DNA from: Octopus sinensis
Lineage: Eukaryota
Assembly: GCF_006345805.1 (NCBI RefSeq)
Contig: NC_043009.1
Coordinates: forward strand, 21,948,001 to 22,012,000
Reading direction: 5' to 3'
DNA: 64,000 nucleotides
Under the pieces are notes generated by a model. It was not told where the DNA came from and did not search any database. It saw nothing but the letters and a program-made list of their open reading frames with translations. This document shows positions 27,172 through 45,114 of this stretch, one piece after another (position 1 is the stretch's first letter; the number at the start of each line of letters is the position of its first letter). Both the position numbers and the translations under genes were made by a program.

Positions 27172-27262
<91 letters not shown>

Positions 27263-27299
27263 TACATATATATAACACATCATCAACATCATCATCATC

Positions 27300-27530
27300 A
27301 TCGTTTAACGTCCATTTTTCATGTTAGCATGGGTTGGACAGTTCGACCAGGGGCTGGGAAGCCAGGAGGCTGCACCAGGCTCCAGTCTGATCTGGCAGTG
27401 TTTGTACAACTGGATGCCCTTCCTAATGCCAACCACTCTGTGAGTGTAGTGGGTGCTTTTTATGTGCCACTGGCATAGGGGCCAGAGGAGGTTGGCAATG
27501 GCCACGATTGGTTGGTGCTTTTTACGTATC
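27300..27530 (+). mobile_element. Repeat family D (CATCATCGTTTAACGTCC...GGATGCCCTTCCTAATGCCAAC); also 26095-26250 (-) and 22620-23040 (+)
   Basis: Three related copies in the window with (CAT)n at one end. Confidence 0.65.
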
Positions 27531-27549
27531 ACACATATATATATATGTA

Positions 27550-27584
<35 letters not shown>

Positions 27585-27589
<5 letters not shown>

Positions 27590-28334
27590 TAATCCAAACA
27601 AGAAAGCACAAAAAAACACAACAACGCGAGGACATGGAACAAATATAGTATTATTGGACGCTCAAGAAAGAAGGAAAGAAGGAGGGTTTAGCGTTTCGTG
27701 CGGAGCTCTTCGTTGGAAACATAGGGGTAGGAAAGATCCAGAGAAGGGAAGACAGAGGAAAAAAAATCGCCAACAGTACACACGAGGTCACATTTTGAAA
27801 GACTGGACGGAAAAGGGTGAAGAAAGTTGTTTTCAAAGACAGAAGAGTAGTTCTGTCAAAGACAAGAGAATGTGTATATAAGTGTGGATATGTGCGTGCG
27901 CAGAGGTTTGCGTGTGTGTATGTGTGTATGTGTGCAATGATGACACGTGGGTGTGTGTGCATGTGTGTGTATGTGTGTGTGGTTGTGGCTCTTGAACAAA
28001 GCGTGTTTGTAGAGCTAGTAATGTGAAGGTCGAAGAAGAAGGAGTGGTGTCTTTTGTCTCTACCACAAGTCAGTACTGCTACTTTTAAGTATGTGTGTGT
28101 GTGCGTGTATGTATATGTGTCGTGTGTGTGTTTTGTTTGTAGTGTGTGTGTGTATGTATGTGTGTGTTCGTGTGTGTATGCGTAGAGTTTGGGTGTGTGG
28201 CAAATAACTGTGCTTTACTTAGTGTATGTGTGCGTGTGTGCTTGTATGTGCGTAAGTGTGTATACATGTATGTATAATTGTGTGCGTGTATGTATAGTTG
28301 TGTGCCGTGTGTATGGGATGTATGTGTGGGTTCA

Positions 28335-28369
<35 letters not shown>

Positions 28370-30655
28370 GCGTGCGTGTCGTATGTGCGTGTAGTTGTGT
28401 GTGCGTGTACGTGTGCGTTTGTATGTGTGTGTGTAAGCGTATATGGGTGTATATCTGTGCATTCTTGTGCGTGTGTGTACGTTTGTGTACGTGTGTGTGT
28501 GCACGGGCATATGTGTGTGTGTGCGAGGGTGTGTGTGGGTATGTGTATTTGTGTATGTGTGCGTGTGTGTATGTGTGTGGAAGTATGTGTGCGTATATGT
28601 GCATGTATGTTGTATGTGTGTGTGGTGTGTTGGACGTATGTGTGTGTTCGTGGATACGTGAGTATGTGTGTGTATGTGTTTCTGTATAAGGACAATAATT
28701 TATAAAAACAATAAAATAATAAAAAAACAAAAAACAAAAAATTATTAAAATAATAGAAAAGACGTAATAGCACGTAAGGAAAGAAATGAAAAAAAGACAA
28801 AGAAAAAAAGAAAATGAGGAAGAAATAAGAAATAAAGTTGCTTCTTGCAGAAGGTGGAGACGTAGTCACTAAGAGGAGGGGGCTGTGTTGAGTCTGTGCG
28901 GGGTAATGGTCTGTAAAGTGATAATAAACCGTTGCTCCAAGTGAAGCCTGGATTGTGGAGGTCCGTTGTGTGGGGCGAGACCAAACACCGACATGTCACC
29001 GGGGGAATGGCTGGCCGAGCAGAAGTGACGTGCGACGGGAGAATTGGAAGGCAGCCGAGATGTTCGGCAAACCGGTCGGCCAACCGGCGTCCCGTCTGTC
29101 CTACATAAAGTATCCCGCAGAGGTTGCATTTTATGCAATATATGAGACCAGACGAAGTGCACGTAAAAGAATGTCTAATACGTACAGTTCGCTGGTTGGA
29201 GCCGGTGACAGCAGTGGTGTTGGTGATGAAGGGGCAGGTGTTGCAGCGGGATCTGGAGCACGGGAAGGATCCATGTGGGGCTGAGGGGGAAGAGGAGAGG
29301 GTGCTACGTACCAGGAGATCGCGTAGATTCCGCGCTCGTTTAAAGGAGGACAGGGGTGGTTTGGGGAAATGGGGCGGGTCGTGGGATTGAGCTGGAGACG
29401 ACGGAAGGCACGTAGTATGCTCCGACGAAGGGGTAGAGTGGAGGGGTGGAAAAGGAGGGGAAAGGGGGTGCGGTTGGGGGTTGGTGAGAGGAAGGAGAAA
29501 GGGCGGTGGTGCGATCGATGCGACGAGCGCGGGCAAGGGCGTTCAAGACCAGGGTTGGGGGGTATCCTCGATGCCTGAACAGGCGGGCCAGGTACTGAGA
29601 CTGGGTCTCGAAATCCTGGTCGCGGCTGCACAAGCGTCGGAGGCAGAGGAACTGGGAGTAGGGGAGGGCCCGTTTGGTGTGGAAGGGATGGGAGGAGAAG
29701 TTGAGATAGAGGTGGGAATCTGTGGGTTTGAAGAAGGCGGAAGTGGTGAGAGAGTGGGAGGGGTGGTCGATGCTAAGAGAGATGTCAAGGAAGTTAGCAG
29801 AGGTATTTGAGATGGTGGAAGTGAATTGGAGAGAGGGGTGGAAGTTAGAGAGGAAAGAGATGAAATGGCAGAGTTGTTTGCGGGAGAGGGAGGTGGCGCC
29901 TATGCAGTCGTCTATGTAGCGACCGTATAGCTCTGGGGTCGGCCCGGAGAATTGGGAGAATACTTGGGCCTCAATGTAGCCAACAAAGAGATTGGCGAAA
30001 TTGGGGCCCATTCTCGTTCCTATCGCGACCCAAGACAGCTGTTGGTACGTTTCCCCGGCGAACGTGAAGCAGTTGAGGGTGAGGACGAGCTCTGCCAGGC
30101 GGAGAAGGGTGGGGGTGCTGGGGGTGGGGTCGGGGAAGTATGGGAGGGCTAAGAGACCGTCGTTGTGGGGAATTACAGTGTAAAGGGATTTGATGTCTAA
30201 GGTGAAGAGGAGGTGTGAGGGGCTAGGAGGAAAGGAAAAGGAATTGAAGAGACGGAGGGCGTGGTTAGTGTCATGTATGTGGGATGGGAGGGCAGCGACT
30301 AAGGGGGACAGGATGCGGTCGAGGTATAGGGAAATATGTTCGGTGGGACAATTACAGGCGGAAATGATGGGGTGGCCAGGGTTATTGGGTTTATGAATTT
30401 TGGGAAGGAAATAGATGGTGGAGGTTCGGGGTGTATGGACGATGAGGTTGGTGGCGGCGGGGGGAGGAGCAGAAGAGGAGATGAGGTCGTGGATGGTGGA
30501 GGACACTCGCTGTTGGTAGGAAGAGGTGGGATCGGAAGGGAGGAGGCGATAGAAGAGGGGATTTTGAAGCTGGCTGAGCGCTTCCTCCCTGTATAGGTCC
30601 GCGCGCCACTGCTCCGCCTTTGTCTGCCGGTTTGATGACGATGTCATTGCGGCGA
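27585..30655 (-). mobile_element. 5'-truncated Penelope-like element (RT plus GIY-YIG, Neptune-type Cys linker) with microsatellite-filled 3' region
   Basis: [41 protein letters not shown]; CSRSRCNTCPFI linker; LIYCIKC..C..LYVGQTGRRLADRFAEH; frameshifted; pLTR-like tail at 27585-27860. Confidence 0.9.
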
Positions 30656-30752
30656 CGGATATATATATATATATGTATATATATACATATATATGTATAT
30701 ATACACATACATATTTATATATATACATACATATATATATATATACATATAT

Positions 30753-30827
<75 letters not shown>

Positions 30828-30853
30828 ACACACACATATATATATATATATAC

Positions 30854-30901
<48 letters not shown>

Positions 30902-30924
30902 CATATATACATTTCTTTAAAAAT

Positions 30925-31300
30925 TTGTTTCAGTCAATTGACTGCAGCCATGCTGGAGCACCACCTTTAGTCGAGCAAATTGACCCCAGGACTTATTTTT
31001 TGCTTTGTAAGCCTCATAATTATTCAATCAGTGTCTTTTGCCAAACTACTAAGTTATGGGGACGTAAACACACCAGCATCGGTTGTCAAGCAATGTTGGG
31101 GGGGGGGACAAACACATGCACAAAAACACACACACACATATATGTAAATGTACAACAGGCTTCTTTCAGTTTCCATCAATCAAATCCACTCACAAGGCTA
31201 TACACGTAGAGGACACTTTCCCAAGGTGCCACACAGTGGGACTGAATCCAGAACCATGTGGCTAGTAAGTAAGCTACTTACCACACAGCCACTCCTGCAC
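30925..31300 (-). mobile_element. SINE family A
   Basis: Reverse complement of head and tail; another copy at 32880-33127. Confidence 0.85.
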
Positions 31301-31402
31301 CTGAACCTAATGGCAGACGAAATACCACTAAGCATTTCGCCCGGTGTGTTTATGATTCTACTAGCTCATCACCTCGGATTCTGCCAGCTCACTGCCTATG
31401 TA

Positions 31403-32609
31403 CAGGAGTTGGACAAAATAATGGTAACACCTTAAAATTTCAAGCAAATTTATTTTGATATGGGGTAGGACTGCTTTTAGCAGTAATTACTGCTTGAATC
31501 TATGAGGTATGGACTAGTACAAAGTTTGAATTGTTTCCAAAAGAATTTTTGTCCATTCTTCAGCTAAAACAGTCTCCAGTTCTTGTAGTAATGATGTTGG
31601 AGGATGTTGACTCCTTACTTGTTTTTCTAAAATGTACCATAAATGTTCAATAATATCGAGATCTGGGGACTGGTGGTCAGATAAGATGTTCAACTTCAGT
31701 AGAATGTTTCTCGTGCCATTCAGTAGGAACATTAGCTGTATGAATTGGTGCATTATCATCCTATAAGATTGCGTTTACCTCCAGAAACAGTTCTGCAACC
31801 ATAGGATGAATTTGATCAGATAAAATGCTTACATAGTCTTCACTATTAATTCTGCCATGAAGGGAAACCATTGGGCCGGCAGATTTCCAAGATATAGTCC
31901 CCTCCTCCCCGATTCTTCACAGATCCTCCTCTATGTTTAATAGTGGGAAGAAGACAGTCTGGGTCAAATGCTTCTTTTGGCTGTCTCCACATGTATACTC
32001 GGCCAGTGGTCGGAAATAAGGTAACGGATGACTCGTCTGAGAAAATAACATTCTTCCACTGCTCTAGGGACCAATTCTGAAGGTTTTTACTCCACTCTAA
32101 ATGCTTTGCAACATTTGTTTTTGAAAGTAGTGAAATCCAGCTTGCGCAGCTCCCAGCGTTCTTGAGGTGGTCATTAAGCTCTGCAGTAATTTTGTGATCC
32201 TTTCTCACAATTCGCGTAAGAGTCTGATGGTCCCTATCTGAAAGTTTTGGTTTTCTTTTGGAGTTTTGTTTCGACGAAGAGGTTTTTCCCTTTTTCTCAA
32301 AGGCTGTCATTACTTTCAAGGCAGTACTTCTTGATACACCAAAATATTTCGTCTGTCTTCGTTACGCTAACGCCTGCCATACGAGCACCAACAATTTGAC
32401 CTCTTTGAAAGTCCGATAGATCTGTCATATTAATGAATTTCAATTACATCTTTCTGATGATATCTGAAAATAAACAGCAATTTTAGCAAAGCATATTAAG
32501 CAACACTAATAATAAAAAAAACAACATAAAAATAAACAAGCTTTTAACGGTTTTATAGATATTTCAAAATTATGATGCTAGGTGTTTCCATTATTTTGTC
32601 CAACCCCTG
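31403..32609 (-). mobile_element. Tc1-like transposon, both TIRs present, transposase disrupted
   Basis: TIR CAGG(A/G)GTTGGACAAAATAATGG(T/A)AACACCT at both ends, TA TSD; WKNVIFSDES, TIKHRGGSV, SPDLDIIEHLW. Confidence 0.93.
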
Positions 32610-32753
32610 TATATACATACGTACACACACACACACACACACATGGTATGTTCTGTTAAGGACGTAATAGAGTACAGTATAAAGCACGTCCACCTTCAGA
32701 TGATTTACACTGTGCTATCCAGTAATAGTATCTCTTATTATAATTATACATAC

Positions 32754-32796
32754 TTCCAGGTTTGTGCTTGGGCATCTGTTGTGTGTGAATAGATAA
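32754..32796 (-). CDS. Candidate 43-nt host exon, possibly containing the start codon (MPKHKPG)
   Basis: Acceptor aattttttcAG, donor GTATGT; the ATG frame ends in phase 1, matching exon 25638. Confidence 0.4.
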
Positions 32797-33429
32797 CTGA
32801 AAAAATTGGAGTCAACAAGAAGGGATACAGTTGGACATTTATTCTTTAATCACTACAATTGTTTGCATTCAATGTAGTTCTCCGGGCATGTAGGTACTTG
32901 TCAAGCGATGTTAAGGGAGGGGGGGACAAACACACACAAACACATATATATATACATATATACGACGGGATTCTTTCAGTTTCCGTCTACCAAATCCACT
33001 CACAAGGCTTTGGTCGGCCCGAGGCTATAGTTGAAGACACTTGCCCAAAATGCCACGCAGTGGGACTGAACCCGGAACCATGTAGTTCGTAAGCAAGCTA
33101 CTTGCCACACAGCCACTCCTACGCCTAATAATATTTCATTTTTAAAATATCATAGGATTTTTTTTTAAACATCGAATGGCTATGAGGGTCCACCTGAGTA
33201 AAATAGAAATCATAGGGGTCCATAAGCAAAAAAAAAAAAGAAAAAAAGATGGTTGAAAAACACTGTTTTAAACGGTACGGGAGTGATTCAAGAGAAATTT
33301 TGCTGCTATTTTTAGCACGTTCAGTGACCTCGCATGAGCTTCTTCATTTGATCTGAAACAAAACGCCTGCTGGAGAGGCAAGTCACAAGTATTATGTCAG
33401 ATTAACTTTCTCCCAGAAGGGTTAAAGAA

Positions 33430-33700
33430 TGCTTCTATTAACCGCGAGCGATACACACGCACACGCGCACCCACACAGGAATAAACACGTACCAACTGTT
33501 CACAATGCGGAATAATAAATTAGTCTGCCACGAGGAATTCCACTCAGTAAACTGTTTGCATTTTGTTTACCTCAACGAATACTAACACCTTTTTTTTACT
33601 TGTTTATTTTACTTTATTTAGTTTTCTTCATTTCTACTGTTTCGTTTCGATATTACACACAAACGTTAAGTTCGTACAAACATATATACACATACAGACA
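33430..33700 (-). promoter_or_regulatory. Possible promoter / non-coding first exon of the host gene
   Basis: Unique, relatively CpG-retaining sequence; donor GTACGT after 33493; no long ATG frame. Confidence 0.25.
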
Positions 33701-33896
33701 TGTATGCATGCATGCATGCATACGCATATACACACGCTCTATTGTATTGAAGCCGAACCCAAGAACTTAACAAACTGTCACTCATTGCTTCACGTAACCG
33801 TATACCAGACATTGATGAGAAATCAGAGTCATACAATAATTTGTAAATTATGAGTATTTATATATATATTTTATAAGCTTATAGCTTATAAGCGAT

Positions 33897-34070
33897 TATC
33901 ATGCATTGACTGAGGTAAATAGCTTAATATTGGAGCATATAAGCCCTCGACGGAAAAACAGGTGTTTTACGTTTCGAACAAAGCTCTTCTTCAGAACAGG
34001 AGAAGAGGAAAAGGAAGATGGAGGGAAAAAAATCACCAACAATCTACTTGTAGTTACATTTTGGAATACA
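33897..34070 (-). mobile_element. Penelope-tail-like repeat with minimal hammerhead core
   Basis: Minus strand CTGAAGA A GAGC-ttt-GTTC GAAA CG TA; stem I imperfect. Confidence 0.6.
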
Positions 34071-34150
34071 CACACACATGCATACACACGCATGCACACA
34101 CACACACATACACACACACACATGTGTGTACATGCATATATATATATATA

Positions 34151-36704
34151 TGATTTTGATTTTGATTTTTCCAGTTTCAGCTCATGAGCTGTGGCCATGC
34201 TGGGGCACCGCCATTTGGTTTGCTACATGATTTTACCTCACGAATGCTTTTAAGCAACTGCCATTTGCTGCATGAGAGAGTTCGATGCAGCTGCCCTCAT
34301 CTGCACCTCCTGCCGTGAAGTTGGTTCATCCGGGACACCTGACAGGAAGAGATCCAGTCCTACTTTAAAGACATCCGCATCTACACCATGCAGGTCCCTC
34401 AGGTTCTTCGGGAGGATATTGAAGAGCTGTGGGCCTCTGAAGCCCAGGCTATCACAGTATCTTGTCCTACATCTTGATGGCAAATTTGGAGTCCTTGGTA
34501 CCACGCAGTGGCGCCCAGTTCTGGCATTTGTGTGACTCTCGATGCCAAAGTTTGGGACAAGTCCCTCCAGGATCTTCCAGATATATATTATGGCATATCT
34601 TTCTCGCCTTCGCTCCAAGGAATAGAGTTTTAATCTCTTGAGTCTTTCCCAGTAGCTTATATGCTGCACATAGGCTATCTTCTTCGTGTAGCTTCGTTGG
34701 ATCGCCTCAAGTTCTGTGATCAACTTGACACTGGATGGTGATCATAGCTGAGAGCAATAGTCAAAGTGGCTTAGGACAAGTGTCTTCCAGAGGACCATCA
34801 TGGTTTCTTGTTCTCTTGTTCTAAGGGTTCTAAGAATCCATCCGGCCAGCCGTCTACATTTCATTGCCAGTTTAGCAACATGTACATGAAAGGTTGCGTC
34901 ATCACTCATGTGAATACCCAGGTCACGCACTGATTGTTCCTCTGGGATTGCAATCCCTCCGGGTCCAGTGTATTCATTGGGTATTGCATTCAGTTTTGCA
35001 TGCTGATAGCATAAAGTTTGAAACTTTTCAGCATTGAACTGCATGCTATTCTTTTCAGCCCACTTGTATATTTTGTCCAGCTCACATTGCAGGTACTTAG
35101 TGTCTTCAGGGTTCTGTATTGCCTGTGAAACTTTTGTATCATCTGCATAACTTGTGATCGTGGCTGAGGGCATGTCTGAGAGGGCCATTATGAACAGTAG
35201 TGGTCCCAAAACAGTGCCCTGCGGAACACCGCTCACTATTTGCGTGTTAATGGAAGTGGCCCCATTGGCTACTACCACCAGACTTCTATCCTTCAGAAAG
35301 TCATGAAGCCATTCTCCCAATTTTCCAACTATGCCAAGATCACGCAGTTTGTGACATATCATTCCATGATCGACTTTATCAAAGGCCTTTGCAAAGTCGA
35401 GATATATGACTTCCACATTTGAGTGGTTGAGCAGTCGTTTCAGCACCCAGTCATAGTGTTGTAGGAGCTGAGTTAAGCAGCTTCTTCCTGGTCGGAAACC
35501 ATGTTGGGTGTCAGGCAGCAAGTCATTTTCTTCAAGGAAGGTGATTAGTTTCCTTCTAACTATTCGTTCCATGACCTTGCTGATGTGTGAGGTCAGAGAG
35601 ATAGGTCTGTAGTTCTTGGCCTCTGCTCTGCTACCTCCTTTATGAATAGGGCATATTTTACCTTCCTTCAGTTTTCTTGGAAGTTTGCCAGTTGCAAGGA
35701 AGCTCTGAAAGAGAGACTGCAGTGGTCTTGCTAGGACTCTCTTACATACTTTTAGAAGGATTGCCGGGAATCCATCGGGGCCAGTAGCTGAGTTTGTTTT
35801 CATCTCATCTATAGCCTTTATTACATCGTCTTCCTTTATATTGATGTAATCAATCATCGCCGCCTCTTACCCCATATCTGCAGTGGTGAAGAAGTCAGTT
35901 GGATTGCTGATTTGGAAATGCCGAAGGGGTGGGGTGAAAACACTCTCGAATTGCTCATTTAGTATTTCACTTACCTTCATTGGATTTCCTGTGAGTGTGC
36001 CATCCCTTTCAAGGAGTGGCCCTATCCTACAGTGCACCGTAGCTGTTTCTTTGGCATACCTGTAGAAATCTCTGGGGTTAGATTTTATGTTGTCTATAGC
36101 CCAGGCTTCTTTGCCTGCTCTTTCCTTTTCATGGGAGAGTTGCAGACATTTTTCAATTTCCAACAGTTTCATTTTCAGGCGGGACTTTTCACTGCTTTCA
36201 ATTTGTTTGTTTAGGCGATTTGAGATTTTTGTACGCCGTCTCATTAGAATTTTCCTCTCTCTGGGGATTTTGTTCTTGTGTACAGTGGCCTTTCTCTCTG
36301 GGACACATTTGTAGCATATGGCTTGCATTACAGACATGAATTGTTGAAGTTTCACGTCGATGTCTGGCGAGGAGAGACATTCAGGCCAGTTTTGTTTGAG
36401 GATCTCTTTCTCAATTTGTTTCCAGTTTGCCTTATTGAAGTTCAAGCTGGAAAGATTCTGAGAGTTTCTTGTAGGCTGCATGTTCATGCTTTCCTTTGGC
36501 CCGTACATGGTCAGCTTTACCATGTTGTGATCCGAGAGTAGTGTCGGTGTCACTTTCACATTATGGATGAGATCCATATTATTTGTGAAGCAGAGATCCA
36601 GTGTGTTACCTGCCCTGGTTGGTTGGAATATTACTTGCTCCATGTACAGGGTGTTGATGAGGTTCAGGAGGGACCTCGCCTGTCCTCGTTCACATCGTGT
36701 CATT

Positions 36705-36706
<2 letters not shown>
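34151..36706 (-). mobile_element. 5'-truncated CR1-clade LINE (APE C-terminus plus RT), young, two in-frame stops
   Basis: PTRAGNTLDLCFTN, TGPDG, NYRPISLTS, QHGFRPGRSC, YLDFAKAFDKV, GVPQGTVLGPLLF, YADDTK; stops near 35867 and 34742; (AAAATC)n tail. Confidence 0.93.
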
Positions 36707-36754
<48 letters not shown>

Positions 36755-36756
<2 letters not shown>

Positions 36757-36915
36757 TGAGAATTTACAAAAAAAAAATACAAAAAACAAAAGACGAAGAC
36801 GGGTGTGTAAACAACAAACAGATGTATTAGTCTAACACTCGGGAAGTGAGAAAGTCTTTTACGTTTCGAGCCTACGCTCTTCGACAGAAAGGAACATAGA
36901 AATAAACAGGAAAAA
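36755..36915 (-). mobile_element. Penelope-tail-like repeat with minimal hammerhead variant (CUGUCGA core)
   Basis: CTTT CTGTCGA A GAGC-gtag-GCTC GAAA CG TA AAAG at 36891-36856. Confidence 0.65.
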
Positions 36916-36981
36916 AACATAAATAAGGTTTAGTGGCCCAGCGTTCTATCATAGCGTATATATATATATATATATTATATA

Positions 36982-37033
<52 letters not shown>

Positions 37034-37336
37034 CATATAAAATTTAAATTTTGTATGTAAAAATATTTTAATCTTCGGATTTCTTTAATATGCTAGTCCG
37101 CTGGTTTTAATTGATTAATATCAATTTCTACCCTTATTCAATTTTATATATACATATATATATATATATATATGCATATATATGTATATATACATATATT
37201 CATATAAATACATACATTCATGCATATATATATATATATATATATTCATATATATACATACATACATATATGCACATATATATACATATATTCATATAAA
37301 TACATACATTCATGCATATATATATATATTCATATA

Positions 37337-37380
<44 letters not shown>

Positions 37381-37382
<2 letters not shown>

Positions 37383-37575
37383 AATATTAATTCGAGACAA
37401 AACCACTATTTTGCAAATCAAACAAGGAAAGACTTAATCAATACATAAAAAATTTTAATATAAAGTAAATAAATAAATATTTATTTACTTTATATTAAAA
37501 TTTTTTATGTATTGATTAAGTCTTTCCTTGTTTGATTTGCAAATAGTGGTTTTGTCTCGAATTAATATTATATAA
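37381..37575. repeat. Near-perfect palindrome, ~90-bp arms
   Basis: TTAATTCGAGACAAAACCACT...AAAGTAAAT mirrored about ~37475; arm homologous to 26315-26400. Confidence 0.9.
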
Positions 37576-37650
37576 TATTTTACTATAAAATTGGATTTAA
37601 TCCTAAATCTGATTTTTTTCCCTGTAATTTTGGATTTATTCCCTAATATT

Positions 37651-37689
<39 letters not shown>

Positions 37690-37780
37690 CATACATATAT
37701 ACATACATACTTACATATATGCATAATTTATTTGATGAAATTTATTGAACTTTGTTTATTAAATTAAGTCTGATATTAAT

Positions 37781-37846
<66 letters not shown>

Positions 37847-37872
37847 ATACACATACATATACTTACATATAT

Positions 37873-37912
<40 letters not shown>

Positions 37913-37958
37913 TATATATTATATATATATATTATATATACATACATATATTTACATA

Positions 37959-38028
<70 letters not shown>

Positions 38029-38212
38029 AATTTACAAAATAAGGGCAAAAGAAAAATTCTAATGCCAAATATGCCGAAAAAAAGACAAAAATTGTCAATA
38101 ACCATTATAATTTATGCGTCTCGTAATTTATTTATAAATTTAACCTTTAAAGGTATTTTTTGATATGCTGGCCATTGATAAAAGTTTTTCAGGAAAATTT
38201 TTTTATCCTACA

Positions 38213-38570
38213 CTAGCAGTATCGCCCGGCGTTGCTCGGGTTTGTTTCGACCCGCTGGAATTGTAATTTTGAAAAGTAAAAATTTTGTGAACATTTTTCT
38301 GGTCGAAATACACCGAAAAGTGGCGACACAGCAGTGAAAAAATCGTAAAAAATAGGGATTTTCATAGAAAAAAGCAGCTTTTTGATATAAATAATTTTTC
38401 GTGTTAACATGGTCCGATTTGAATTTTATGTTCTACGGAAGGAAGAGCAACCCTTCTTCTATCATACTCTCAATTTTGGTCAACTTGCGCCGCAGGGTCT
38501 CGGAGGAGATAGTGTTAGTTGAAGGTTACAAAACGTGGCGCACACAGACAACTTCAGCTTTATATAGAGA
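38213..38570 (-). mobile_element. Non-autonomous Helitron-like element (358 bp)
   Basis: Minus strand starts TC (38570), ends with CCCG-agcaacgc-CGGG hairpin then CTAG (38213); inserted between A and T; the related repeat near 1070-1085 lacks it. Confidence 0.8.
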
Positions 38571-39534
38571 TAACACACACACACATTAATACACATACAT
38601 AGACACACACACACATGTATGTATGGATGTATATATGTACATCTGTCCACTTCTTGCAATATTTTTATCCTTCACTTCCTACCACACACACACACACACA
38701 CCACACACACACACACCTTATTAGCTTACAATTTCTTTCTGTCAACAATTGACAACAGAAGTACGCTCGCCAATTAATACTACCAAAATTTAACGACAGA
38801 AAGTAAATTAAAAACCAATTTACCTTTTCTGTATTGTTATGGCAATTCGACCGTCGGTGTGTTTTTGCAAATGTGTTCGAATGAGAAGTGAGTTGTGTTT
38901 GGCGCCTTTTTTACTAATAACAAACACACACGTGTTTGTATGTAGTTGTTTGAAACGTTTGTGTTTGTCACTGTCATATATGTATGTGTATGCGTGTGTG
39001 TGAGGAATGGCAAACCAGATAGATAGCGCGCGAAGTTCTTTTGAAGTTCGCGCTCCGCTTGTGTGTGCGTGCGTGCTTTAGGTGTACGTAGGTATGTGTT
39101 TTTGTGTGTGTGTCACTGAAGCCATACATACATATATACATACATGACCTCTCTCTCTCTTTTCTCTCTCAGTCACTCACTACAAAAAGTGAATAAAAAA
39201 AGTTCAGTTATCTCTGTCTTTCACACATACACACACAGCACAACATTACTCTCTCTGTCTCTTTACACACACTAACAAAAGCACTTCACTTACACACCAC
39301 ACTTTCTGTGTCGCACACCCCATCAAACACACACACACACACACACTCACGCACGCACACATGTACATCAATGCTTTCGGAGTGAAATGTTAAAATATTG
39401 AGTTTTCTCGAATTTTGTCTTAATTGGGGGTGAAATTGAAAGAAATTTTGTATGGCATGACCGAATGGAAGTACTTTGAAAAATCATAGGTAAACTCTAA
39501 TTGAAGAAATTGTGTGAGGAGTAAATCGTTATGT

Positions 39535-45113
<5,579 letters not shown>

Positions 45114-45114
<1 letters not shown>

